From a virus: a stretch of DNA of 61,056 nt. The notes under the pieces are model-generated. The model saw only the letters and a program-made list of their open reading frames with translations. It was not told the DNA's origin and made no database searches. Shown in pieces: positions 8,937-17,501 of the stretch. The stretch lies in the IMG/VR virus record IMGVR_UViG_3300012080_000001, positions 1 to 61,056 of that record. The stretch is one strand, 5' to 3'. Each line of letters begins with the position of its first letter. Positions within the stretch are counted from its first letter, which is position 1. The position numbers were made by a program, and so were the translations under genes.

Positions 8937-9893
8937 TTAAATATCCACTGTCAGCCAATTATAGACAGCTCGTCCAGACGCATGGCTACGCTCTTTTAGC
9001 CAGTTATAGAATGGAACTCTACGCTCAGTTTTCTGCTCAACTGACGCAGGCTTATCTACTAGTTTCGGACGAATTGAAGCGTTATTGTATGCACTCGTAA
9101 ACGCACCTACAACGTTAGTAAACGTAGTTCCATCTACTGTTGCTACGGACATATTAAGCAGCACAGATTTAGCACGTACAAAGTCATTTAGAGTCGCATT
9201 AGTTCCAACGCGTAATGCAATAATATGGGCTTTTGCTTTGATTTCTGCTGACATTGGCATTGATTCGATTAATTTAAACGTAGCTATTTGGTATTCATTT
9301 ACTGCGTACTTTTCGACATAGTCACGTTGATCCTCAATAGTTAATGTTTGCTCTTCTAGAATAATTTCAGAATTGCTTATAGGCGCTTTTATATTATCTT
9401 TTACTTGTTTTTTTAAAGATAGTTTAGAAAGATTATTAGTTATTGCTACGTCAATTTTCGTTTCATCAGCTGCATCAATTGTTTGAAAATCAGAAACAAT
9501 TTCGACATTTTCGTTAGTAATCGCTAATTCCTCTACTCGATTGAAAACGAAAATATTATGTGCTTGATACTTGTTTGCTTTTTGCGTATTGATAACAGTA
9601 ATTAAGTTTAGTTTACGAGCTTTACGGAGCATACGATCAAATGTCGAGCGACTAACACCAATCACGTCACTTGCGTGCGTACTGGCAACTGCCTTTTGAA
9701 TCTTGCACCAAGCTACCCCTACAACATTAGCTGCGTACTTACGTAATTTATTTAGAGCTATGTATTCGGATTTTGTAAACTCAGCTTTAACATCGAGCAT
9801 TGCTTGCTCAAAGTTATTGTTGAAATCATTAATATCCGTAAATTTCGATAGAGATTCATAGTTACGTTCTGTTGCGTATGAAAGTGTAGTCAT
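8937..9893 (-). CDS. Putative plasmid-type replication initiator / HTH protein
   Basis: About 318 aa from ATG 9893 (GGAGGA SD). HTH-like segment GVSRSTFDRMLRKARKLNLITV. Sits next to the par locus. Confidence 0.4.
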   Translation of the reverse strand: MTTLSYATERNYESLSKFTDINDFNNNFEQAMLDVKAEFTKSEYIALNKLRKYAANVVGVAWCKIQKAVASTHASDVIGVSRSTFDRMLRKARKLNLITVINTQKANKYQAHNIFVFNRVEELAITNENVEIVSDFQTIDAADETKIDVAITNNLSKLSLKKQVKDNIKAPISNSEIILEEQTLTIEDQRDYVEKYAVNEYQIATFKLIESMPMSAEIKAKAHIIALRVGTNATLNDFVRAKSVLLNMSVATVDGTTFTNVVGAFTSAYNNASIRPKLVDKPASVEQKTERRVPFYNWLKERSHASGRAVYNWLTVDI

Positions 9894-10203
9894 ATCGTTA
9901 TCCTCCATGTGAGAAAACGAAAAAAGCGTCCATATCGCAATTACTTACGACACAGACGCTTTATTATACTTAATATTACTTTACATACACATAAATAGAT
10001 GCTATTATGTCTATATTATATATGTAAACGAAATTAAGTCGGTAAAGTGTTGGTCGCGAGTCCTGTTCGCGGTTGACGGTTATAAAGTGTTGGTAGCACT
10101 TTATAACAGCCGGCTTTTTTCTATTTCCGTTCGATTTATTGTTACCACAACTTTACACTGCAAAAAACGGAAATGCAAGCATAAAATTCATCTGTTAACA
10201 AGG

Positions 10204-10237
10204 CGCTATCTCCAAATGAGATGGCGTTATTTTTTAT
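10204..10237 (+). terminator. Rho-independent terminator in the rep-par intergenic region
   Basis: cgctatctc caaat gagatggcg (9 bp, one G-U) followed by ttattttttat. Confidence 0.55.
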
Positions 10238-10252
10238 GTATCTGTATCATTT

Positions 10253-10334
10253 TACGGTAAATTTTACGGAATAAATTACGGTAAAAATATAGAAAGTAGT
10301 TGCAATACGGTAAATGTGTGATATAATTACGGTA
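10253..10334. promoter_or_regulatory. parC: parC-like centromere/operator: five TACGG(T/A)A iterons
   Basis: Copies at 10253, 10265, 10277, 10306 and 10328, directly upstream of parM and overlapping its promoter. Confidence 0.6.
10300..10327 (+). promoter_or_regulatory. Sigma-A-type promoter of the par operon
   Basis: TTGCAA, 16-nt spacer, TGaTATAAT (extended -10). Confidence 0.55.
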
Positions 10335-10358
10335 TAAAATACTTTCGGAGGCGATTGG

Positions 10359-11432
10359 ATGCATTTATTTGGATTAGATTTAGGAAACCGTCAAGTTAAG
10401 CTTATGAGCGAAAAAGGTACAAAAGTCTTACCTAGTTATTATGTTGATGTAACAGAATATGGGAAAAGAGACGCAATTTCACTAACTAGAACAAGCGAAA
10501 AAACAACTAGTGATTATATAAGCCAACGCGATTCAGACTTCACATACGTATGGGGACCAGGATTAGATGTAAGTAGAAAGAACGTTACTGATACTTTAGA
10601 TTTTAATAAACGTTACGATACACTTGAATTTAAGTTATTGGTTGACTTTGCATTAGCCGAATTGGCTCGCGACTTTAAAGACGCTTCGAAAGGTATCTTG
10701 GACGTAGTGATTGTAACGGGGGTTCCAACGGAAGATTATGAAAAGGACGAAACAATCTCGCACATTACAAACGCATTAAAAGGCGTTCATAGCGCAATGG
10801 TTGACGGAACTTCTTACGTTATTAATGTACACGAAGTTTACGTATTAATGCAGCCAGTTGGTACGGCAATCGATGTTATGGTCGATGCTAATGGAAATAT
10901 CGTTGAAGATAACGATATTGAAGAAGGTTACGTGGGTGTCGTAGATGCTGGTGGAGGTACTGTATTAGTCGACGCTTTTGAGAAAATGAATCTCGATACG
11001 AAAAACCGCGTACAATTAGAAGAAGGTTCGCACGATTTATTTACGGAGATTCGTAATCGAGTTATCGCGATGGGACATAAAATTACGGATCATGAAGTTG
11101 AGCGCGTAGTAAGAGACGGAAATGCACGCGAAATTTACACATGGTCGCCTAATGGACGCGAAACAATTGATTTAACAAGCATAGTAATGAAAGAACGTAA
11201 ACGTTATACACGTAAAATCGCGCAATCAGTTAAATCAACGTATAAAGCAATCGCACGTATGCGCAAAATATACGTAACTGGCGGAACTGCGAATTTATTC
11301 GTAAAAGAAGAATTTGAACGCGTAATCAAAATCGCTCAATTCGTATCGGATAGCGAAACCGCAAACGTAAGAGGCTATTATAAATACGGATTAATTAACG
11401 AGGTGACTGAGGTTGACGAAGTTAAGAGTTGA
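10359..11432 (+). CDS. parM: ParM/Alp-type actin-like plasmid segregation ATPase
   Basis: 357 aa; N-terminal phosphate-1 motif FGLDLGNRQVK, later VVDAGGGT and YVTGGTA actin-fold motifs. Confidence 0.8.
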   Translation: MHLFGLDLGNRQVKLMSEKGTKVLPSYYVDVTEYGKRDAISLTRTSEKTTSDYISQRDSDFTYVWGPGLDVSRKNVTDTLDFNKRYDTLEFKLLVDFALAELARDFKDASKGILDVVIVTGVPTEDYEKDETISHITNALKGVHSAMVDGTSYVINVHEVYVLMQPVGTAIDVMVDANGNIVEDNDIEEGYVGVVDAGGGTVLVDAFEKMNLDTKNRVQLEEGSHDLFTEIRNRVIAMGHKITDHEVERVVRDGNAREIYTWSPNGRETIDLTSIVMKERKRYTRKIAQSVKSTYKAIARMRKIYVTGGTANLFVKEEFERVIKIAQFVSDSETANVRGYYKYGLINEVTEVDEVKS

Positions 11433-11673
11433 GGTCGTTTTAACGGATGCTGACGCTGATATTATAGAGTATTTATCGAAACATGATATACCGAGAGCAA
11501 CGCAATTCAAGAATGCTATTCGCGAAAGGATGCAACGTCGTGAAGAAGAACAGTTTGACGAGCGAGTTAAACGATTATTGGGCGAGGTAATGGCATCGCA
11601 AGGAATTAGCGCTCCACAAGTTGCAAAGGTAGAGAGCAAGAAACGCTTAGGATTTGGAGCGAAAAAAGTATAA
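11413..11673 (+). CDS. parR: ParR-like ribbon-helix-helix centromere-binding adaptor
   Basis: 86 aa overlapping the parM end; N-terminal beta-strand/helix pattern KLRVEVVLTDADADIIEYL; basic C-terminus. Confidence 0.5.
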   Translation: MTKLRVEVVLTDADADIIEYLSKHDIPRATQFKNAIRERMQRREEEQFDERVKRLLGEVMASQGISAPQVAKVESKKRLGFGAKKV

Positions 11674-11677
11674 AAAT

Positions 11678-11716
11678 AAGACCGAGTAGACGCGGAATGT
11701 CCGCTCGGTCTTTTTC
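11678..11716 (+). terminator. Rho-independent terminator after parR
   Basis: aagaccgag...ctcggtctt stem followed by a T-run. The right half plus the next 16 nt recur at 14054..14082. Confidence 0.65.
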
Positions 11717-11759
11717 TATAACTTGAATGGAGACGAAAAGATTAAGGAGTTACTAGAAG

Positions 11760-12867
11760 ATGATTCTGGCAAAGAAAGTTAGAATATACCCAAGTAAATC
11801 GCAAGAACAAAAGTTGTGGCAATCAGTAGGAACAGCGAGATTTATTTATAATTGGACATTGGCAAAACAAGAAGAAAATCATAATAATGGCGGCAAGTTT
11901 ATAGCTGATGGTGTGCTTAGGAAGGAATTAACCCAACTAAAGAAAACGGAATTGTCTTGGTTAAATGAAGTATCTAACAATGTAGCAAAACAGGCGGTTA
12001 AAGATGCCTGTGATGCGTATAAAAAGTTTTTTAAATAAGCCGACATTTAAGAGTAAAAGAAAAAGCAAAAAGTCCTTTTACAATGACAATGTAAGTTTAA
12101 AAGTAAAAGATGGAAAACAGGTACTCATTGAAAAAGTGGGTTGGATCAGTACGAACGAACAAATACCTATTGGTGTCAAATACACTAACCCTAGAATTAC
12201 TCATGACAATAAGTATTGGTATTTATCAGTAGGAATAGAGCAAGAAACTAGTCAAGAAGAAATGACAGATGTTTCTTTAGGGATAGATATTGGGGTAAAA
12301 GCATTAGCGGTCTGTTCAAATGGTACAGTTTATAAAAATATTAATAAAAATAATGCCGTTAAAAAGACTGTGAAACGCTTTAGTAGGTTGCAACGACAAG
12401 TTTCTCGTAAATATGAAATGAATAAGGAGGGAAACCGTTTTGTCAAAACAAGCAACGTTATAAAAATCGAAAAGAAGATACAACTCCTGCATAGAAGATT
12501 ATCAAATATCAGAAAGAACCATCTTCATCAAAGTACAAATGATATTGTGAAAACCAAACCATATCGAATTGTAATGGAGACTTTGAACATCAAAGGGATG
12601 ATGAAGAACAGACATTTATCGAAAGCTATTGCAAAGCAATGTTTGTATGAGTTCAAAAGACAAATTCAATATAAATGCGAAAAGTATGGAATTGAATTTG
12701 TAGAAGCTGATAAATGGTATCCATCTTCAAAAATGTGTTCAAGTTGTGGAAGCATTAAAAAAGACTTGAAGTTGTCTGACCGAATATACGAATGTGTATG
12801 TGGCCATAAGATGGACAGGGATTTAAATGCATCTATCAATTTAGCGCATTATCAATTAGCAAACTAA
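11760..12867 (+). pseudogene. tnpB: tnpB RNA-guided nuclease, interrupted by a single frameshift near 12020..12035
   Basis: ORFs 11760..12038 and 12004..12867 join as ...AYKKFF / KPTFKSKRK at an A5-G-T6-A3 tract. RuvC motifs GIDIGV, VMETLN and DRDLNAS and a CSSCG...CVCG zinc finger are intact. Confidence 0.85.
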
Positions 12868-13012
12868 CACTTAAACGTTATTGCTAATATGTAGGATTCG
12901 TTGCATCCGAATTTACGCTTGTGGAGTGTTACAGTAAACGAAAGTAGCTTCGGCAAAATCGGACACGTAGAAGCAAGAATTAAACAAGATTTATAGATTT
13001 TTATAAATTTTT
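12868..13012 (+). ncRNA. Candidate omega-RNA (reRNA) scaffold of the TnpB unit
   Basis: Position is immediately 3' of tnpB. A local hairpin ggattcg ttgcatc cgaattt is present. No covariance model was run, so extent and 3' end are guesses. Confidence 0.35.
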
Positions 13013-13090
13013 GGCAACGGTATTAACAAGCCGGTTGTAAATGAAGTAAAACCAAAGAAGAAGTTGCCTTTTGGAGCTAAAAAAGGATAA
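13007..13090 (+). pseudogene. Relic of a second, diverged parR 3' end
   Basis: Start-less frame IFGNGINKPVVNEVKPKKKLPFGAKKG* aligns with the parR C-terminus SQGISAPQVAKVESKKRLGFGAKKV*. Confidence 0.7.
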
Positions 13091-13105
13091 ATTGATAATT
13101 GAAAA

Positions 13106-13142
13106 ACCGAGTGGACAACCTATCGTCTACTCGGTTTTTTTC
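13106..13142 (+). terminator. Rho-independent terminator, homologous to the parR terminator
   Basis: accgagtggac aacctatc gtctactcggt (11 bp) followed by T7. Confidence 0.7.
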
Positions 13143-13240
13143 TTTTTCTTCTTCTTTTTAGGTACGGTAGGGTAGCCGTATTTTTCAGACATCTTACGTA
13201 CACCTTCTACAATTGCGCGCTTTTTATCTTCGGTTGTCAT
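13127..13240 (-). CDS. Possible 37-aa protein with a poly-Lys tail
   Basis: Hand translation MTTEDKKRAIVEGVRKMSEKYGYPTVPKKKKKKKKTE; weak SD. Confidence 0.25.
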   Translation of the reverse strand: MTTEDKKRAIVEGVRKMSEKYGYPTVPKKKKKKKKTE

Positions 13241-13312
13241 CGTAAAAACACCGCCTTTTTTATTTTCATCCTGTCCAAATAATCAACTTTCTAAACGGTA
13301 TAGAACTAGCAA

Positions 13313-13363
13313 GTCCCTCATACTTTATATAAATGTGCTAGGGACATGTGGAATGTGTCCCTA
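13313..13363. promoter_or_regulatory. Operator-like half sites GTCCCT / TAGGGACA-N9-TGTCCCTA around a TATATAAAT -10-like box
   Basis: Palindrome 13339..13346 / 13356..13363 plus an extra half site at 13313. Confidence 0.45.
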
Positions 13364-13390
13364 ACTTAGATGTCCTTTAGGAGGCGGAAA

Positions 13391-14020
13391 ATGAAAATTA
13401 AAAGTGTGGGGGAGACCCTTTCAGTACGCTCTGATAAAAAGCGCGACGTGAAGCCCACTATTCCTATGGATTTAAAAGATGTCCTCTATCGTATTTCTTA
13501 TATAACGTATTCCCCTGTCAAAGACGTTTGCCAACAGATGGCGATGCTTGTCTTACATGACCGCAAAACAATAGAACACTTATCGAAATATTTCAAGCGC
13601 GATTTAATCATGGGCAATACGATGTTTGTTGGGAACATTACGAATGAAACTATGGAAAAGCGCCCTAAAGTGCGCGGAGAACGCGTAACCATCCGTTTCA
13701 CTCAGAAAGAATTTGAGTCGGTAGCGCTGCTTAGTTACGCGCTGGACTGTACACCTTCACGTACAGTTGCGATTCTGCTCGACATCAGTATGAAGAATGT
13801 TCGGTTTGTTAATGCGTACATTAAGCGTTACTTAACTGAGGAACTGAATGACTCGCAAATGCGTGAGCTACAGGCGATTTTACGATATGTCAACAAGGTT
13901 GGAGAATCGTACTTTTCTTGGGCGTCGTTACTCGAGCATGTTCTTGCAGAAGTCGGCAGTCCAGTATCAAGGATCAAGGAAGCTGTAAGCGAATTTATCG
14001 ATATGAAATGGCGTGAGTGA
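13391..14020 (+). CDS. Hypothetical protein with an RHH-like segment
   Basis: Start at ATG 13391 after GGAGGCGG; internal RVTIRFTQKEFESVALLSYAL resembles ribbon-helix-helix/MobC-type motifs. Confidence 0.45.
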   Translation: MKIKSVGETLSVRSDKKRDVKPTIPMDLKDVLYRISYITYSPVKDVCQQMAMLVLHDRKTIEHLSKYFKRDLIMGNTMFVGNITNETMEKRPKVRGERVTIRFTQKEFESVALLSYALDCTPSRTVAILLDISMKNVRFVNAYIKRYLTEELNDSQMRELQAILRYVNKVGESYFSWASLLEHVLAEVGSPVSRIKEAVSEFIDMKWRE

Positions 14021-14030
14021 ATACAAAAAA

Positions 14031-14065
14031 AAGACCGCAAGGCACGAAGCCAAGCGGTCTTTTTT
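14031..14065. terminator. Bidirectional terminator between convergent genes
   Basis: aagaccgc...gcggtctt stem flanked by A-run and T-run. Confidence 0.65.
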
Positions 14066-14962
14066 CTATAACTTGAATGGAAACATGTTTTTAACGTCTG
14101 CTTTCCATTCGTTGTTTTGCTTGAAGAATATTCGTCGTGTAGCCTTATTGATTTTAATTGCATATTGCTGATTGTGTTTATCTGTACATTTAAAGTGCTG
14201 AGAAGACTCAAAGTCTTTTGTAAGTACGCATGTTTCAAATCCATAAATGTTACGAAGTGTTTCTTCTACTTCGATTTGTATCTTACCCGCAAGATAGTTA
14301 CACAACTCATTTAGTTCATAGCTATTAATACTTGATTGGTAACGGTATAACCAATTAAATAATTGTTTATTAGTTAAGCCTACGCTATTATAATACGGAT
14401 TTTCATACTGTAGATTGTAGCTTATTAATTCTGCGACGGGAATTGGATTAACAGAAAGTAACTCCCTGAAATGTTGCTCGGGAATCGGAAGAACTACTCC
14501 CCCAGACTTCAAAACTTCTAACATCATTTTAAACAAAGAATCTAATTCTTCTTTGTACACTTTTGCATCTGTACTTCGATTAACCATTACGAGACAGTCT
14601 GAAAAACGAGTTTTACTGACTAATAAAATAGTTTTACCGTCATCTAGTTTTTTTATATAACTAGTAGGTATTAAATGATATTCTGTCTTATCGATAGAAT
14701 GTTTTAAAGTATTATCGTTTGCTAATTGATTGTAACGCATATCCATCGCCTCCTCTTTCAGATAAATTCCTTTTTTTAATTCTGTTAATTTTCCAGCCTT
14801 TTTGAGTCCTGATATACGAGGTTGCGCTACCCCGAGGTCCTCTGCTAATTCTTGTGAAGTCAGTGTATTTTGCTCTATTAATAGCTTAAAATATTCAACT
14901 TCTGTTTTGCCATATTTTGCTGCGACTTCTTTTAAGTCAGAAAGTTTAACAATTAAGTTCAT
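14066..14962 (-). CDS. HTH-domain protein of unknown function
   Basis: 298 aa; N-terminal HTH LTSQELAEDLGVAQPRISGLKKAG; the rest is unrecognised. Confidence 0.5.
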   Translation of the reverse strand: MNLIVKLSDLKEVAAKYGKTEVEYFKLLIEQNTLTSQELAEDLGVAQPRISGLKKAGKLTELKKGIYLKEEAMDMRYNQLANDNTLKHSIDKTEYHLIPTSYIKKLDDGKTILLVSKTRFSDCLVMVNRSTDAKVYKEELDSLFKMMLEVLKSGGVVLPIPEQHFRELLSVNPIPVAELISYNLQYENPYYNSVGLTNKQLFNWLYRYQSSINSYELNELCNYLAGKIQIEVEETLRNIYGFETCVLTKDFESSQHFKCTDKHNQQYAIKINKATRRIFFKQNNEWKADVKNMFPFKL

Positions 14963-14995
14963 ATTAGCATCTCCTTTCTCTTAACTGTTAAATTT

Positions 14996-15024
14996 ATAAT
15001 AGTTCAATATTTAATAGTTGTCAA
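14996..15024 (-). promoter_or_regulatory. Sigma-A-type promoter for the 14066..14962 gene
   Basis: Minus strand: TTGACA, 17-nt spacer, TATTAT. Confidence 0.5.
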
Positions 15025-15037
15025 CGGAAATAAAAAA

Positions 15038-15080
15038 AAGACCAAGACGCCTTTTTTGAAAGGAGTACTTGGTCTTTATT
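15038..15080. terminator. Bidirectional terminator hairpin
   Basis: aagaccaag...cttggtctt (9 bp) flanked by A8 and a T-run. Confidence 0.6.
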
Positions 15081-15460
15081 TGTTAGGTTAGCATGCTGTG
15101 ACTAAACATATATATATATAAAGCGACACTTAATTTTATATTATCGTTTTTTGTCACGTACAGTAAAATTACGTGTAATATACTGAGGATTAAATAATTA
15201 GAACAATAAAAAAAGACACATTATGAATATCACAACAGGTCTAAAATATGTGAATTGTGCCAATGACTTGACAAATTCCCAGTTTTATGTTATAATAACA
15301 CTTGTAATTTAACTCTACTTTTGGACAAGTTAAGAGTAGTTTGAAAGAATTATATGTAAAAACATGAATAGCTTTTATACGGCAAATATAAAAGCAAATA
15401 AGTGTCTTTACATTTATTACTATGTTGTTTCTCAATCAAAAAAGAAAGGAGACAAAAATT

Positions 15461-15661
15461 ATGGATAATTTATTTTTAACTATTCTACTTACTCTGATGT
15501 GCGCATATTTCGTAGAATACACAAAGTATCTTGCTAATGGAGTTAAAAACAAAATCCTGTCTGTAGACCAAAGTGTCAAAGTGGTATTTGGATACTTACT
15601 TCATTGGTTTTTACTACCTATAGCAATACCTGCAGTTTTAATTGGCTTTAACGTGATATAG
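15461..15661 (+). CDS. Small two-TM membrane protein
   Basis: 66 aa from ATG 15461 after AGGAGAC; hydrophobic segments. Confidence 0.4.
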   Translation: MDNLFLTILLTLMCAYFVEYTKYLANGVKNKILSVDQSVKVVFGYLLHWFLLPIAIPAVLIGFNVI

Positions 15662-15882
15662 TTTGAATCGTCGATTGGTTACGGCAAATAACTGGTCGAC
15701 TTTTCACTTTATCTTCTTAGTATAGCCAACACTAAGTACTAATGTTAGTTTAACATCTACATTTTGTGTATGCAAGGATTTTAACTATTATATTTAAAAT
15801 TAATACCAATGTTAACATTAAAAATCCTTAACTCGCCTTTTTTTTATAATATTGCCGATATTTATTTTATCTATTCAACAAA

Positions 15883-16560
15883 TCAATTTTTTATTCGTCG
15901 TTGTTGTATCGTAATATACAATCCTAATAAACGATCAGTAGTCATTGTTCCACTTTGCAAATTCATTAAATGCGACTCTTGGATAATTCCATCTTTCACT
16001 GCCTGCGCAATATAATTTTCTGTTTCCGTTTTAATCGCCGGTGATTGCGGATTCCATACGTTTGCCATTGGTTTAGCCTCCTCGTTCTTTCCATCTGAAA
16101 CTGTTAATACGACTTTCCCTGTGCTAGTTGATGGTACTTTAACGCCTGCAATTACTTTAACATCATAGCTTAAAGGTAATCGCCAGTTAGCGTTTATCTC
16201 GAAATGTGGACGGTCAATACTGCCTATCCAATCGCCTCCCCACGTAATGCCTAGTTTTCGAGCGATAGCGCCAGCCTTATTCAATGTTGCTGTATCGTAA
16301 AGTGTTCTCGGAGGACATGCTGCAATATCCCACGCCATACGTGAAGTATGACGGCTCGACTTCGTCCACGTAACAATTGCGCCTGTACGACTGCGCCCCT
16401 GTTCATATAAATAGTTTTGACGTGCTTGACTACGAAAAGTCTCCGTCACAAATACGTTAATTCCTGCTTTATTGCACTCGTAAAAGAACACCCGAATAGC
16501 TGTTTGCGCAAGAGAATTAAGCTCAGCAACGTCACGACAAGTTTGCGTAACAGAAGTCAT
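15883..16560 (-). CDS. Endolysin, peptidase M15 (VanY/L-Ala-D-Glu peptidase-like) with a C-terminal binding domain
   Basis: SRHTSRMAWDI and DRPHFE zinc-ligand motifs. Confidence 0.8.
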   Translation of the reverse strand: MTSVTQTCRDVAELNSLAQTAIRVFFYECNKAGINVFVTETFRSQARQNYLYEQGRSRTGAIVTWTKSSRHTSRMAWDIAACPPRTLYDTATLNKAGAIARKLGITWGGDWIGSIDRPHFEINANWRLPLSYDVKVIAGVKVPSTSTGKVVLTVSDGKNEEAKPMANVWNPQSPAIKTETENYIAQAVKDGIIQESHLMNLQSGTMTTDRLLGLYITIQQRRIKN

Positions 16561-16850
16561 CGTCTCACGTCCTTTTTAGGCAGATTATACGACATTGCTT
16601 GTCGGCTATCCGATAGTCCACGCGTCGTAGGGTCATTAATGGCGTTGTACACGCTCACGACCGCAGTAGCTAAGACATACGGATTAGATAGCGCATCGAC
16701 AGCGAGTTTGCCTACGCTTCCCCATGTCGTCAAATCTGCGCCAGTAATTCCGTAATAAGCGAATACTGGTGTTGCGATAGATAGCGCAATTTGAATCCAG
16801 AATTGCGGATTCTTTGCGCGTACTTTATAGTTAATTTTCATCCGTTTCAC
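16557..16850 (-). CDS. Holin
   Basis: 97 aa with TM segments, directly upstream of and overlapping the endolysin. Confidence 0.6.
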   Translation of the reverse strand: MKRMKINYKVRAKNPQFWIQIALSIATPVFAYYGITGADLTTWGSVGKLAVDALSNPYVLATAVVSVYNAINDPTTRGLSDSRQAMSYNLPKKDVRR

Positions 16851-16853
16851 TCC

Positions 16854-17120
16854 TTATGTTAAAAGTGCAATAACCGTAGTTACTACGCCAACAATTGAAA
16901 ATGCTGCTGCAATAATTGTACCGATTAGCCATCGACGATTAGCATTCGTCTCTGTACGCATCTCTTTAAGCTCTGCTTCATTGCGTTGACCTAGCGTTAG
17001 TGCTTGGTCTGCGGTAGCGTTCGCTTGATTGGCCGTTTCTCGCACCGTTCTGAAATCGTCTATCTTCGCTTCGATTCCGCCTAGTCGTTGATATATGTCA
17101 CGTACTAAAGAGTCTTCCAA
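16854..17120 (-). CDS. xhlA: XhlA-like lysis-associated membrane protein
   Basis: 88 aa: coiled-coil N-terminus plus C-terminal TM IGTIIAAAFSIVGVVTTVIALL; PBSX-like order XhlA-holin-lysin. Confidence 0.6.
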   Translation of the reverse strand: MEDSLVRDIYQRLGGIEAKIDDFRTVRETANQANATADQALTLGQRNEAELKEMRTETNANRRWLIGTIIAAAFSIVGVVTTVIALLT

Positions 17121-17187
17121 TAGGGCGACCTCCTTTGTGTTAATATTGTGTTATAGGACACCAGATGTTGCGGAGGTGTCCGATTAA

Positions 17188-17207
17188 GTTACTGAGCAAT
17201 ATGGGAC
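17188..17207. repeat. 20-bp direct repeat copy 1 (gttactgagcaatatgggac)
   Basis: 19/20 identical to 17991..18010. Confidence 0.9.
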
Positions 17208-17233
17208 ATTACATCACCAATCCTTTGCCCTAT

Positions 17234-17446
17234 TCAAAATAAAAAGCCATGAGAAGTATCGAGATTTAGTACAGCGTACCCTTGCCCATCTCGATTGTTT
17301 TCATAGTCCATAATAAAAAGCACCCTAGCTCGAGAGTGCTTCATCAGGTTATTTAAAATACCATTTTTTCTTATTTCAATTTGTTTTTGAATTCCACTAA
17401 TTGTTCTTTGGAATCCAGCAGCAATATACGGAGAAATTAGCTCCAT
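17234..17446 (-). CDS. Hypothetical protein
   Basis: 70-aa ORF in an AT-rich cassette. Confidence 0.4.
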   Translation of the reverse strand: MELISPYIAAGFQRTISGIQKQIEIRKNGILNNLMKHSRARVLFIMDYENNRDGQGYAVLNLDTSHGFLF

Positions 17447-17501
17447 TCCTCTTTTAATAATTTAAGCAAATAATATATTTATTTCCTTTTTTACACTTAT
17501 C

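Larger units (their letters stand above)
11732..13012 (+). mobile_element. Solo TnpB (IS605/IS1341-type) unit lacking tnpA; boundaries approximate
   Basis: tnpB ORFs plus about 145 nt of structured 3' non-coding sequence. Left limit is set by the end of homology with 14066-region DNA; right limit by the start of the parR-like relic. Confidence 0.55.

Noticed and set aside
15108-15121. (AT)n run
   Set aside because: It is a short dinucleotide tract in an AT-rich intergenic region, with no adjacent feature that depends on it.
15241-16015. Track ORFs 15241..15435 (-) and 15809..16015 (+)
   Set aside because: They are very AT-rich with low-complexity products (Ile/Asn/Tyr/Phe-rich) and no SD. 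The second is antisense to the endolysin 3' end.
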